Below, in pieces: positions 42,865 through 56,949 of a DNA stretch of 64,000 nt (position 1 is the first letter of the stretch; every line of letters starts with the position of its first letter). The notes beneath the pieces are model-generated. The model saw only the letters and a list, made by a program, of their open reading frames with translations. It did not search any database and had not been told where the DNA came from. The stretch is from Octopus vulgaris (taxonomy: Eukaryota). The DNA is taken from NCBI GenBank assembly GCA_951406725.2, contig OX597830.1:35898001-35962000 (forward strand), written 5' to 3'. Both the position numbers and the translations under genes were made by a program.

Positions 42865-43515
42865 TAGGCCCGCAAGCTGGCAGAACTGTTAGCACGATTG
42901 CTTAGTAAATTGGTTAGTAGCATTTTGTCTGTCTTTATATTCTGATTTCAAATTCCGCAGAGGTCGTCTTTGCCTTTTATCCTTTCGCAGTCGATACACT
43001 ACATACCAGTTGAGCTCCGGAATCAATGTAACCGATTTACCACCATCCAAAATTTCTGCCCTTCTACCATAAATTGAAGTCAATATATTAAATAATAAGT
43101 TGGCACGCATACACATACAACTATAGTCACAGAAACACACAAATATAAATGACATGCGTGTTTATATACAAACGCAGGTAGAAACTATGTATTTTGCGTC
43201 GACGTAGGAACATTATATTTACATATACCTTTTATCTTTTATCCTTTACTTGTTCAGACTGCGGCCATGCTGGGGCATTGTCTTAAAGAATTTTAGTCGA
43301 ACGAATCGACTCCAGTATTTATGTTTTTTGTCGAAAAGCTAAATGCTTAGCGGTATTTCGTCTGTCTTTAGGTTCTGAGTTCAAATTCTGCCGAGGTTGA
43401 CTTTGCCTTTCATTCTTTCGGGGTCGATAAATTAAGTACAGTTGCGTATTAGGACCGATGTAATCGACTGGCCTCCTCCCCAAAAATTTCAGACCTTGTG
43501 CGTAGAGTAGAAAAT
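42865..43515 (+). mobile_element. Two family A SINEs (42865-43080 and 43335-43515) with a family B tail fragment (~43245-43320)
   Basis: Head, B-box and body motifs as above; gactgcggccatgctggggca matches the family B tail. Confidence 0.75.
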
Positions 43516-45533
43516 ATAAAAAAATGTATCTTTATCTGAAGACAGCAGCGTCGGCAGATTAAGCAATTAGTGTAATCAAGGTAGTTAGCATTTATACACA
43601 CATGCATATAGGTGTGGGTTAAATGAATGGAGGAAATAAGCTTCAGAGATGCTTTTCCTCGCGACGAAAAAGCAGAAGTCACTCAGGTGGTTTGAAAGCA
43701 CTTCTAAATATATTACAATGATCAAAACGATTCTGTATCGTCAGCAGGTATCTCAGAGTCATAAGCATTTCGCCCCTTGTTCTGTTCGCTTTCAGCAGAG
43801 CCGGGCAGCGAGGACTGAGTAAATCTTCACCTACAGAATAGCTCCAGTTATGGCCTCTTATCAATCATAACCATCCTGAGTTACTTTCAGCTGCTATGTC
43901 TATTACTTTCATGGCTTTCTTCGGTATAATTATACGTATGCATAAAAACACACACGCACACACATACACACACATATAATATATATGTATGTATAATTGT
44001 ATATATATATGTGTGTGTGCGTGTGTGTGTATGTACATGTATGTACATATATGTACATATATATGTATACATAACAAACACATACATATTCACACACACA
44101 AACACACACACATACATACGTAAAACAACATACATATGCATTAAGTATATTCGATGTATTGCAATTATACATATACATTGGCTTGCTCTCCCTCTTTTTC
44201 TTCTCTCTCTCTCTCTCTCGCTCTTTTATGCTTTATATGTGTGTATATGTGTATATGTATATGTATAAACATACCTATAAATATATATATATATATACAT
44301 GTATATACGTACATAAACACACACGCGCGCACAGGCACACACATACACACGCACACATGCACATATACACACACACATATACATATATACACATACACAT
44401 AAATATTCATATATATATATACACACATAAATATATATATACATACATATACGCCATACTTCTATAAAATTGTGAGTGTGTGACATGTAGTACAGATGTG
44501 TCAAAAATATATGTCTAAGTGTGGGCATTAGTTTATATTCGAGGCAGTCAGTTATGCATATGTATGTGTGTGATTGTATGCATTTGAGTATCTGTGTGTG
44601 TGCTTGTGTGTTTCTTTGTATGTATATGTGTAAGTTTCCTTTTATGTGTTTATATATATATATGTATATGCGTGTGTGTGCTTATGAATTATTATGTGTA
44701 TTTATCTCTGTGTAAATGTATGGTGTGTTTGGTATGTAAGTCTAATTTAGATATATGTATGTAAGCATATATGTATGTGTGAAAGTATGTTTCTAAGTAC
44801 GTATGTATGTGTGCCGTGTCTATGTGTAAGCATGCATGTGCCTATAAATGTAAATCATAATACGTCGGATCTGACCATATTTAATTTAATAGTTCATCCA
44901 CCATATGTAACATGAAAGAGCAAAGTACGTTTGTGTAAATGAGCGTACAGTGTGCAAATTGACATAATTTGATACACACCTTATACATATATATTTTATG
45001 TGTACGCATAATCACACCCATGCGCATGCGAATAACAAAACAAACAGTGATATTTGATAGCTTCTTGTCCATGTTGTTGTTGTTGGACATTATTTTTCAC
45101 GACTTTGTTTTCTTATATTCTCTGAAGTAAACAATCACTTTTTGATGGATTAATGGACCTTCTTTGAGTCAGTTGCCATTTCGAAATATTACCTGCTTCT
45201 TTTAGACAATTTTTTTGACTTCCATTTTATACTTTTCTTTCATTTTTTTTTTAATATTTCTTATATATATATATACATATATATTTCTTTCTTTTTTTTT
45301 TTTGCAAATTGCACAATTGCTACATGATATTCAAACTATGGTTTATTTCTTTTCGTAAACTAAGCAACTCATTGTAACAAAGGCAAAGGGTTTCTAATTA
45401 AAAGGGGGCCTTCTCTCTAGTACATATTATTCCTGTCATGTTTATGCCATATATTCGGTATTTTACCTACTTCAGATCTTTTAAATTTGCCGTTTGATTC
45501 AAGTGGTTCGGTGCCACCTTTTATTGCGACACA

Positions 45534-45568
<35 letters not shown>

Positions 45569-45646
45569 TACAAATACACAGACTCATCCACACACATGTA
45601 CACAAACATGTAGACACATGTATATATATATCCTTTGTTGAGGCAT

Positions 45647-45684
<38 letters not shown>

Positions 45685-46225
45685 TTATAGGGGAGAATTC
45701 ACACACACACACACACACATAAATATATATATATATATATATACACAAGTGCGTATGCTTATGTGCAGACATACATATGTATATATATATATATATGTGA
45801 GTGTGCCTGCGTATGCACACATACACATGTATATATTTATATATGCATGTATGTATGTATGTATGTATGTATGTATGTATGTATGTATGTATGTATGTAT
45901 GTATATCTACATTGTTCTTTATATAATTCCTTGCAAAGAGTCATTTTAGCGTTGTATTTATTTATTTTTTAATATTTTTTCCCCAAGAATTTTTGTATTT
46001 TGTTTCTCTCAATTGTTGTTTCAATCAATTCCTTTTTTTTTTCTTTCCTTTTATTCATATTCGCATGACAATGACTTTGATTTCTTTGGTTTGGCTCTGA
46101 ACAGATTGTGTATTGTTCGCATAAGGGTGTACGTTATTCATTCTTACTAATTCTTTCTGCTTTAACATGTATCTCTCTTGTTTAAGCATTTTGCTTTTAC
46201 AAAGTTTACTCACACACACTCGCCT

Positions 46226-46370
<145 letters not shown>

Positions 46371-46555
46371 GATATGTATGTGTGTATGTATATCCGTATA
46401 TATGTATGTATGTATATATGTATGTATGTGTATCTATGTATGTAGATATCATTTCATAGTTTTAAACGTGTAGTGATGTTTTTCTTTACTCATTATTCTA
46501 TTCCTTTTCTATTTAGTAAACAACAACAACAACAACAACAATAATAATAATAATG

Positions 46556-46610
<55 letters not shown>

Positions 46611-47087
46611 CAAGAACGATAAAGAAAGCTTTTCTGTTTTTTAGATTTTTTTTATATCAATTTATATTTTTACTACGTTTGTTTTCATGCGCAAACATAA
46701 CATCGACCAGCTTCTTAACGATTAAACGAGATAGTAAGTAAAATGTTGAGTTATATAATGCTTCGCGATATTTAAGGACATTCATTGCTGCAAATAAATT
46801 CTAAGGTAGCAACAAAGACTTTTTTTTTCTCTTACCTGTATAATGATAGCTATACGTATTTCGTATTCCACAATGTTTTGAGATAGATTTTATATTCATA
46901 GGTTTCGGGGAATGAGCACCAAAATTTGAAGAAACTTTGCCTGAAATCAACTAAAGTTTTGTCAACCTGAGAAGTTATTTTTTATACATGTGGAGGATGC
47001 GTATCGCTAAAATTAAACACCCGAGTTTATGTAAAGCTTTTAATTTGAGGAAGATTCAGTAGCTAGATTTGATATGTATAGAATACC

Positions 47088-47319
47088 TATTTCTTTACTA
47101 CCCACAAGGGGCTAAACACAGAGGGGACAAACAAGGACAGACAAACGGATTAAGTCGATTATATCGACCCCAGTGCGTAACTGGTACTTATTTAATCGTC
47201 CCCGGAAGGATGAAAGGCAAAGTCGACCTCGGCGGAATTTGAACTCAGAACGTATCGGCAGACGAAATACCGCAAAGCATTTCGCCCGGCGTGCTAACGA
47301 TTCTGCCAGCTCGTCGCCA
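47088..47319 (-). mobile_element. Young full-length family A SINE (tail-1) with 19-bp TSD
   Basis: TTGATATGTATAGAATACC at 47069-47087 and 47320-47338; near-consensus head, B-box and tail. Confidence 0.92.
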
Positions 47320-48606
47320 TTGATATGTATAGAATACCAGTGATTAATTTGTGCAATATAGGTGTATGTTTAACGAAATGATTTCTCAGGCATGTCGTTT
47401 TTGCTTCGTGTTCTGCACGACTGGCACTTTGAGCACATACATTTGTACATTAGCCTTCGGCAGTCTAATGAAAACTGAGTGAAGTTAATGAAGGAACCTG
47501 TAGGGAATCCTCGTATGTATGTGTGTGTGTGTGCATGTATGCATGTATTTATGTATGTATGCGTGTGTATGCGTGTGTGTATGTGTATATGTCTGTATTT
47601 ATGTATGCATGCATGTATATAAGTACGTATGTTAGTGTGTATGTATATATAGATACATATGCAGATATACATGTAGAGTAATTATATATATCGAGTATAT
47701 TTTAATGCAGCTATATATATAAATATATATATGCATATATGCATATATAAACATATATATACATACATATATATATGTACATGTATTCATATATACATAT
47801 ATACACAAACATACATATATATATATATATATATAAGATATATATATATATGGGTGTGTGTGATTGTGTATAGAAGAATATATTAATAAAAAGAATTCCA
47901 ACCTTGTCTGATTTTCACGTTTTATTTACAATCTTATAATGATATATTATAAGATAATATATTATAATTGAATAAAATAAAATGAAATAGTAGAATGTTA
48001 AATATTCATTCTGATTGAACTAGTACTTTCATGCATTGAATTCTGCAATCTTCGGGTTCATGTAGTAGTGTTGACAGTCATGCTTCACAATTTTTGACTG
48101 TAGCAAGATGAGTGATTCTGTGCTATAAATACAGCTGGGTAGGCTCCAGAGTGCTAGGTTTTGCAAACTGTATTCTGACCAATCAGTGTGTAGTATCACT
48201 CAATTACTTAAGCTGATTGGTTGGTTGAGCTGATTGGTTTAGGCATCACGCTTTGTTGGACAGATCAAGAGTCCTGTATCTTGACCCTGGCCGAAGCAGC
48301 AATTGTTGGGTTATTTTTAGAAATGTTGTAAATATCCTTTGTCAGAGATTTTTATATTTTTATATTTCAATTGTCATCATCATCATTGTCAGCACCTTAA
48401 TTATTGTTGCTAGTGGTGATGATGGTGGCAATAGAACTTTTAACCCTAAATAAGATAATTTTCCTGCTATCTTCGTCTTGATCACCTTTAGTATTGTTGT
48501 TGTTGTTAGTGGTCATGGTCGTAGCAGTGGAAGTAATACCTCTAAGTATTATTATTATTGCTTATTTAGCTTGGGTTCGAATTTATCAATAAAATTCTTT
48601 TCTCTG

Positions 48607-48666
<60 letters not shown>

Positions 48667-48724
48667 CATACATATATGCATAATGCATATATATATAATG
48701 TAGAATGTAATATGTGTGTGTGCG

Positions 48725-48760
<36 letters not shown>

Positions 48761-48764
48761 GGTA

Positions 48765-48805
<41 letters not shown>

Positions 48806-49004
48806 TTTAAGTGCTTAAATATGCATATATACATGTGTATATATATATATAAACCTGTATTTTAAGTATGAATATATTTATGTATATAAGTATACAAATA
48901 TATAAATATATATATACATATCATATATATATATATATAATGACATACATATGGTTACATACATGTATGTGTGTGTGTATTCCTTCTATTCTTTTTATTC
49001 TTTT

Positions 49005-49202
49005 TACTTGTTTCGGTCATTTGACTGCGGCCATGCTGGAGCACCGCCTTCAGTAGAACAAATCGAACCCAGGACTTATTCTTTGCAAGCCTAGTACTTG
49101 TTCTGTCGGTAACTTTGCCGAACCGCTAAGTTACGGGGACGTAAACGCATCAACATCTGTCGTCAAGCGAAGCGATAGTGGAGGACAAACACAGACACAC
49201 AA

Positions 49203-49250
<48 letters not shown>

Positions 49251-49468
49251 ATATGTATAGAATACCAGTGATTAATTTGTATGTATATGTATTTATGTAT
49301 GTGTGTACGACGGGCTTCTTTCACATTCCGTCTAACAAATCCACTCACAAGGCTTTGGTCAGCCCGAGGCTATAGCAGAAGACACTTGCCCAAGGTGCCA
49401 CGCAGTGGGACTGAACCCGGAACCATGTGGTTGGAAGCGAGCTTCTTACTATACAGCCACGCCTGCGC
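49005..49468 (-). mobile_element. Family B SINE (CORE-like) with an expanded internal (TA)n
   Basis: Minus: GGCGCAGGCGTGGCTGTATAGTAAGAAGCTCGCTTCCAACCACATGGTTCCGGGTTCAGTCCCACTGCGTGGCACCTTGGGCAAGTGTCTT...GCTCCAGCATGGCCGCAGTCAAATGACCGAAACAAGTAAAAAG. Partial copy at 40820-41000. Confidence 0.88.
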
Positions 49469-49642
49469 CTATGTATATATGTGCGTGTTTGTGTCTGTGT
49501 GTGTGCGCACATATGCATGTGTGTGTGTCTTTTTATACATATATATATATAATACATATAAACACATATATATATATATATATATATATATGTTTATATG
49601 CTCATGTGTGTGTATGTGAATATATGTGTGTGTGTATGTGTG

Positions 49643-49726
<84 letters not shown>

Positions 49727-51042
49727 CACATATATGCATTCATATACAAGCAATATTTATTAATGCATACATGCATACCAACATACACACACACAAACAT
49801 CATACACGTTGTAAACACACCAGCGAGAGTACATATATCTTTGTCTAACAACTTTTACAGTGAGCGCCGCGAACTTTCGTCCGTTTCTTTTTTCACATAA
49901 ATCTTCTGTTCGACACGTTTGCGTTTGTCTTTCTATTGATGATCCTATTGTCAATGGACACAAGCCATCTTTTCTCTGTAAATTGTCTAATACATTACGG
50001 AGAAAATAATAATATATAAAGTTAATACCAACAAACAAAAGGAATTATATTAACGAGTATTCCGAAATACAAAAAAAAAACAAGACAAAGAAGGAAAAGA
50101 AAGAAAACGTAAGGAAATCTAAAGAAATAAATAATGAAAATGGCAACCAAGAAACAGAAAAGCATAACTCAACTTAGTTACTTATCATGCTGCACTTAGT
50201 CTCCATGAAAACAATTTGCTGTTACTAAGTTTCATTAAGTTCGTTATAAGAAGCTTTTGTTGGAATTCATTAGGAAGTAAAAAAAAAAACATACAAAAGA
50301 AAGGCTAAAAAAAAGTAGGCACAAATACAAAAGCATTGAAAAGTCCATCTAATATAATCAACATATACAAATATCTCTTGACTTAGTTAACGCCGTTGAC
50401 AGGATATTCGTTGCAATTCCGTTAACTCCTCTATTGTACATTGGAACAAATAAAGCCATATTCTAGAAACAGTACATAACGACAAACAAAAGTGACCGTT
50501 GGCAGAAATTAAATTTGTAAAAGATATAACCCCCTCGATCGTCTTTCACTGTCTCTCCTTCTATCTTACCTTCTCTCTTTCGTTCTCTTCCCCCTCTCGT
50601 TTTCTCTCTCCCTCTCTCTCTTTCTCGCAATCTTCTTTCTCTCTCGCTCACTCGGTTTCTCTACCTTTCACTCTGTCTCAACGCGTACATATACACACCC
50701 GCACATATACACATACATGAATATAGTTCTATGTATTTATCTACTCACCAACATTTATCAGTCTATGTCACCCTCCTCCACACGAAAAGTAAAAGAACGT
50801 ATATGTGTGTGTAATGTGTGTATGTATATATGAATATATCTGTGTGTGTGTGTGTATGTTTGTACGCACAGTACACACACAAACATATATATATATATGC
50901 GTGTGTGTGTGTGCATGTATAAGTATTGTAACTAATGTATTTCATTGTTCAACCTTCCCTATTTCCTTATATATATCGTTAATTTATTTAGCTTTTCTAT
51001 AATTTTATACTGGTCGAGCAATTTGTTTCTTAACTCGCACAG

Positions 51043-51089
<47 letters not shown>

Positions 51090-52031
51090 CATGTGTTTGT
51101 TTATACACATGCACGTTATATATATATACACGTGAATACACACAAAAGCATGCATGCGCCCACAACCAATTAACAGTGAAACTACGTTTGGCCTTCACCT
51201 TGTTATCCTTCTGTAACAAATTACTTACCATCAATCAATTAGGTTAAATTACTTAAGACATTGGAATGATAAGAACATTAAAGTGTCGTACGAAATGACT
51301 AGCTCTATTTGCGACCTCATGAATGTGCCTACTCACTGCCCTTCAATCTGCCAGAAATAACAACCAACACGTCCTCAAAGCATATCCTACAATTGTCTGT
51401 ATACAGGAGGGTTAATTTATATAATTTGTGTAATGTACTTTAAAATACATTATTTCTGAAAGGAAGAAGAACGCCTGAATCACTTTTAATGATAGCTGTT
51501 CTCAATCCATGCTGACCTGTGGTTAAACAACAGCAACACAACATTTTTCATTATATACTTAGCTCTTTTTATATGTTTTGGGTTCAAATCCCACTATTTT
51601 CCTGTTTTTTTCACTTGTGGGTCGTTTGAATACGTTTTGTTAACAAACGCAACAGCTTTCTCAGCCCAAATAAAGATTAAAAATTTTTGTACAAAGCCAA
51701 CAGTTTCAGTGGAGAAATTGAGTCGATTACATCAACCCCAGTGTTCAACTGGTACTTTTTATCGACCACACAAGGGATGAAAGGTAACGTCGAACTCCAT
51801 GGAATTTGAAAATATGTATTCAGAATGTGAAGGACAAAATGCCGCTAAACATTTATACCCAGCGTGGTAACGATACTGCCAGCACCCTGTCTTCAATTTG
51901 AACCCACATATTAACCATTAATAACAACGTTAAGCTTCATCCGTCACTAGACTGCTAGACACAATAAAGCGACAGCATGGAGAATTAGTGAAGCTGTAGA
52001 GTATTCAGTCTGAGTACAAATATCATCGACG

Positions 52032-52105
52032 TTTTGGGGTCAATATACCATTTTGGGGTCAATATACCATTTTGGGGTCAATATACCGTTTTGGGGTCAA
52101 TAAAT
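52032..52105. repeat. 19-bp tandem repeat (TTTTGGGGTCAATATACCR) x about 4
   Basis: Directly visible; the unit resembles the SINE body TTTCGGGGTCGATA. Confidence 0.85.
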
Positions 52106-53756
52106 AAAATACTAGTTCGATATTAAATTTTGAACTTTTACTTGTTCTTTTGAGCGAGGCGATGAGGTTGAGAATATCTATTCGATGCTGTGGGATATCG
52201 AATATTATTCAAATATATACATATAACCGAGCCTTTTCATATAGCGTCACGCTACTTTGTTTTGGGGAATTTTGCAAGGATACGCAACTGCGGAATACAT
52301 GAATACTTACACGTTTTAACAATATATGATGTAGATTTATCATGAATATAAATATGAATATAAGTATAAATGCTTGTGCAATATTGCAACATATTTTTTG
52401 TGACCCGTGTTCATCTCATTAACCAAAGAACGACATTTGACTGACGAGATGAGCATGTGTCACGTAATGGATCTGAATAAGGTAATGTTGAAACGATCGT
52501 AATGAAGGAATAAATGCTATACCATAACTTATATTCTTTAGTCCTTTTGCTGATGATAAAATACATACCAGTAATATACTAGGGTTTGCTTAATTTCCCA
52601 GCCTCTCTCAACACACTACAGATTATTATCACACGTAAAGCTAAAGCACCAACTCCCTACCTACACCACTCATACATTCTATCATGGGTCTACTAAATCA
52701 ACGCTCGCCTAGGACTTTATAACAACCACGGTAACAGCCAGTACAATAGATCACAAAACATTAACAAAGCAGTAAAAACTCGCATCAAGTAAACAAAAAC
52801 AACAAAATAGGAAACTTGTAAGCAACGAGAAATACTAACGTGATTGTAACCTTCTAGAAATGGTAGCCAAATGTCCTTCAAATTACTCACCATCAACTTA
52901 AACATTTGCATACTGGACAATGACACGCACGATGCTTTAAATAGGAAATGGAAAGGATGGTTATATTTAGGAGCCTTTCTAACGTAGTTCTGATCGGGGA
53001 CGATTGAACTAAGAAGAACCAAATAACAACAAAAGGCAAAACACAAAGGCATCAAACTTTCCTTCTGTTTTAACTGGGCACTCAATTTCTCATGGAGTTG
53101 TAAAGGTCCCGTCGTGAAGCTTAGTGTGTCTTGGGCGTTTTAAACCCATCAAGGCCCATGTCTAAACACAACCGATTTTTCTTGGAAATAAACGAGAACG
53201 GAAGAAAATCAGAAAGAGAGAGAAAAGAGAGAGAGAGAGAGAGAGAAAGCAAGAAGGGAGAGGAAAAGAAGAGGGAAGCGAGAGGATTCAGTACCGTACT
53301 GGATGGGTACTTTCATCGGCTCTAAAAGGAAGAAGAACACAGTTGACCTTGGTGCGATATAGAATGCAGAGTACAGAAAGCAACCAGAAGACGTTCTAAC
53401 CGACGTACTTAACGGCAATTCATATTATCACGAAGAAACGCCATTGTAATTCACATGAGAATTACAAGACGACACAACTTCATAAGGAACACATAATCTA
53501 CCATAACCAGCCGCTTCACCAGCTGCACCACTATCGGGAAGCGTACGAACTGACTCTACGAGAAATAATCACCAATGTGAGCAACGAAATATGTTACAAA
53601 TGACAAGTTAATGTAAAACAAATTATAGAGAAATTAACACAAACACCAAAAGTACTTCTTCCATATTTACCATTATTATCTTTCTTACAATTTCTCCAAC
53701 TCCCTTCCATTTTTTCCCCTCCTTCTCTAACTTACGCTCCTATTTCACGCCTGTTC

Positions 53757-53794
<38 letters not shown>

Positions 53795-53957
53795 TTCCAT
53801 TTTCTCTCTCTCATTTTTCTCTCAATCCTTCTCTCTCTCTCCTCTCTCACGCACACACGCACACGCACGTACGCGCGGCTTCCTTTCCTTGTTTATTTAT
53901 TGATAACACCACATCCACAGGCACACACTTAAACAAGTATATATCAGTATCTATCTA

Positions 53958-54006
<49 letters not shown>

Positions 54007-54128
54007 TATAGTTCCGGCATTTGAAACTCTGAGTCCTATTATGACAGCTTACTGATTGTCCTAAACTATATATGTATATACATGTATATATGTATGTATA
54101 TATGCATATAATTATATATTATTTATAT

Positions 54129-54184
<56 letters not shown>

Positions 54185-54192
54185 ATATATAT

Positions 54193-54227
<35 letters not shown>

Positions 54228-54281
54228 CGTTTAAATATTTGTTGTGCAAGAATATTTAGATGAAGTCGTGTGTTGAAACAG

Positions 54282-54417
54282 ATATTGTTATATTTCGGAA
54301 TGGTCATATTGCCAGTTTAGCCAATAAAAACACACGCATTATATATATATATATATATAGTGCGTGTGTTTTTATTGGCTAAACTGGCAATATTACTATT
54401 CCGAAATATAAGAATAT
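54282..54417. repeat. Near-perfect ~135-bp palindrome centred on (TA)n
   Basis: TTATATTTCGGAATGGTCATATTGCCAGTTTAGCCAATAAAAACACACGCA-(TA)n-TGCGTGTGTTTTTATTGGCTAAACTGGCAATATTACTATTCCGAAATATAA. Confidence 0.92.
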
Positions 54418-55374
54418 ATATATATATATATAAGAATATATATATACATATATATATGCATACATATATACATGCAAATACATATACGTGTGTGTGTATG
54501 TGTGTATGTACTCAAATATTCTATTAAGCCTTCTATGTATATTGGTATCTATATATCTGTCTATCTATTTGTCCATCTATTCTCCCTCAGTTTCATTAAC
54601 TATCTACCTTCCCATCTAATCTACTTCTCTCTCTTTCTTTCTCTCCCACCTTCTTTCACACTCTTTCTCCCCCCCCCATCTCTCTCTCTCTCTCTCTCTC
54701 TTTCTCACAGACACACACACGCAAACACATTCTATTTCTCTATCTCACATCTGAATTAGCTTCAAGAATTTAATTACGAAACCTTCATTTTCTCTTCTTG
54801 TTTATTTCTGCTTTATTCTTTTTCCTTATTTGTGTGTTTTTCTTTATTTCATTTAACTAATTCCTCTTACTTTTTCTCGTTCGTTATTTGTTTCTTTCTT
54901 ATTATCCTCTTCTTTCTTTACCTTTCTCTCACACCCTCTCTTTCTTTCATTCTTTCATTCATTATGACGTTAATAATTACATTTACTGTCCAATGAAAAG
55001 CTTCACCATGTTAACTACTGTACCTAACATTCGGTAGCCACACTTTGAAAAGACTCATTAATTTGGCGATAAGCTACTACGACTGCTTACAATGCAAAGC
55101 GATCCATATAGTTACTGAAATGGTTTTAGAAATAATTGCTTGCTCGGACATTGGGCAGGCATTTTTCTGTTTTAGCTCGTACATGATATTCCTGTTATTG
55201 TCCTTGCTGTTGTTGATAGTGGTGGTGGTACCGTTATTGTTGTTATTGTTGTTATTTTTTGTTCTTAGTACTTTTGTTGCTCTGTTTGTTATCGCTGTAG
55301 TTGTTATGAATATTGTTGTTGCCTTCTTCCTTTAAAAACAAATCGGCAGGAATAACTCTACTCCGTACCAAATG

Positions 55375-55710
55375 CGAGGCGGAATATTGCCCCAGTTGTC
55401 TGAGCGCCGTATTCATTTCTCTCACAGTGGATACGGGTTCAAATACCGCTGGGGTCAAATTACGTATTTTCTCCTTGTCCAAGTAATCTAAACGCCGGAT
55501 AGACATCCTTCCTGTATTCCATTCTCTCACTGAGGATACGGGTTCAACTACTGCTGAGGTCAAATTACGTATTTTCTTGTCCCAGTAGTCCGAGCGCCGG
55601 ATAGACATCCTTGCCCTATTCATTCCTCTCACTGCGGATACGGGTTCAAATACCACTGAGATCAAATTACGTATTTTCTCCTTCCTGGGTCGGCAAGTAA
55701 TGTACTTATA
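55375..55710 (+). repeat. Three tandem ~103-bp units of a SINE-like head, each with a B-box
   Basis: CTCTCAC..GGATACGGGTTCAAATACC..GGTCAAATTACGTATTTTCT (with minor variants) recurs at about 55435, 55540 and 55642. Confidence 0.75.
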
Positions 55711-55741
55711 CTGAGATCAACTTCTCACTTAGAATCTCTCT

Positions 55742-55776
<35 letters not shown>

Positions 55777-55863
55777 ATCTATCTATCTATCTATCTATCT
55801 TCCTCTGTTTCTCTCTCTTCCTCCCTCGCTCTTGGAAGAAATCGTTCAGGCATTTCGAAAATT

Positions 55864-56056
55864 CAGTTCTATATTTAAGAGATGAGGAATTATGCACATT
55901 ATTTACATTATTTACATTTGGCGCTTATTTATCCTCATCTTACTTGTTATTAATTTCCCCCAAGAAACCTGATAAAGGCTGGAGGTTATAACAACCAGAA
56001 TGTTGTGTTAACAACAAACAAGATGAGGACAAATATCCATCAAATGTAAATAAATT
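55864..56056 (+). mobile_element. Decayed copy of the hammerhead-bearing element in inverted-end arrangement
   Basis: CAGTTCTATATTTAAGAGATGAGGAATTATGCACATTATTTACATTATTTACATTTG..TCCTCATCTT then CCCCAAGAAAC CTGATAA AGGCTGGAGGTTATAACAACC AGAA TGTTGTGTTAACAACAAACAAGATGAGGACAAATATCCATCAAATGTAAATAA; ribozyme core mutated. Confidence 0.7.
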
Positions 56057-56529
56057 CGAAATTTGCCTAATCCACACCATATGTCATAACGATGCCTCTA
56101 GATTCCATCCGAACCCAAAACATTCAGTAGCAAGGTATTTTCTAGCAACAGAAATACTTTCTACCGTTAGTATTGTTGCATTTCTTGCTTAACCGTCTAA
56201 CCCAGAGAAACTGATTCAGTAAGTCCTGCGATTAAAGAGTTCCTGCACCAATATTTTTTTTAATTCACAGTATATCTAGGAGTAAATTACTTAATATATC
56301 CTTTATTTTATTTGACGGTATGGTGTAAGTAGAGTAAGAACTTAACTGCTCTTTCTTGTAGGTCAAGCTACAACATAGATGTTCTCTCGTTGTTTGTTGT
56401 TGATTAATATCAGGTCAGGCTTGACCCAGGAGACTTCAAATCATTTTAGATTATGTCACATATGGAACCATATTTGCATCTAGGATTAGAGTATCTAGGA
56501 CTACATTGTCCAATGTTTCCCTTTTTATA

Positions 56530-56850
56530 GTGCTTATTTTATCGAACCGGTAAGGATGTAGATCAAAGTCGATCTCAACGGACTTTGAACTCAGAACACA
56601 AAGACGGACGGGATACCTATTTCTTTACTACCCACAAGGAGCTAAACACAGAGGGGACAAACAATGGCAGACAAACGGATTAAGTCGATTATATCGACCC
56701 CAGTGCGTAACTGGTACTTATTTAATCGACCACGAAAGGACGAAAGGAAAAGTCGACCTCGGCGGAATTTGAACTCAGAACGTAGCAGCAGCCGAAATAC
56801 CACTAAGCATTTCGCCCGGTGTGCTAACGTTTCTGCCAGCTCGCCGCCTT
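56530..56850 (-). mobile_element. Family A SINE dimer: near-consensus tail-1 element fused to a much more diverged unit
   Basis: Junction AAAGAAATA|GGTATCCCGTCC at ~56617. Confidence 0.85.
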
Positions 56851-56899
56851 TAACAACAACAATAATGATAATAATAATAATGATAATAATAATAATAAC

Positions 56900-56935
<36 letters not shown>

Positions 56936-56949
56936 TGTTGTTATTATTG

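Noticed and set aside
43630-43930. Minus-strand ADDT / TSAFSSRGK echoes of an XPG-like (Academ-type) transposon domain, or a host exon
   Set aside because: Short matches interrupted by stops; needs tBLASTn or HMM confirmation.
45140-45160. TGATGGATTAATGG Pbx/Hox-like site and other isolated transcription-factor motifs in unique islands
   Set aside because: Short motifs are expected by chance in 64 kb of AT-rich DNA, and no conservation data are available.
52432-52506. CTGACGA...GAAACGATCGTA, a possible second hammerhead
   Set aside because: A palindromic stem III is present but no convincing stem I or stem II pairing; at best a decayed relic.
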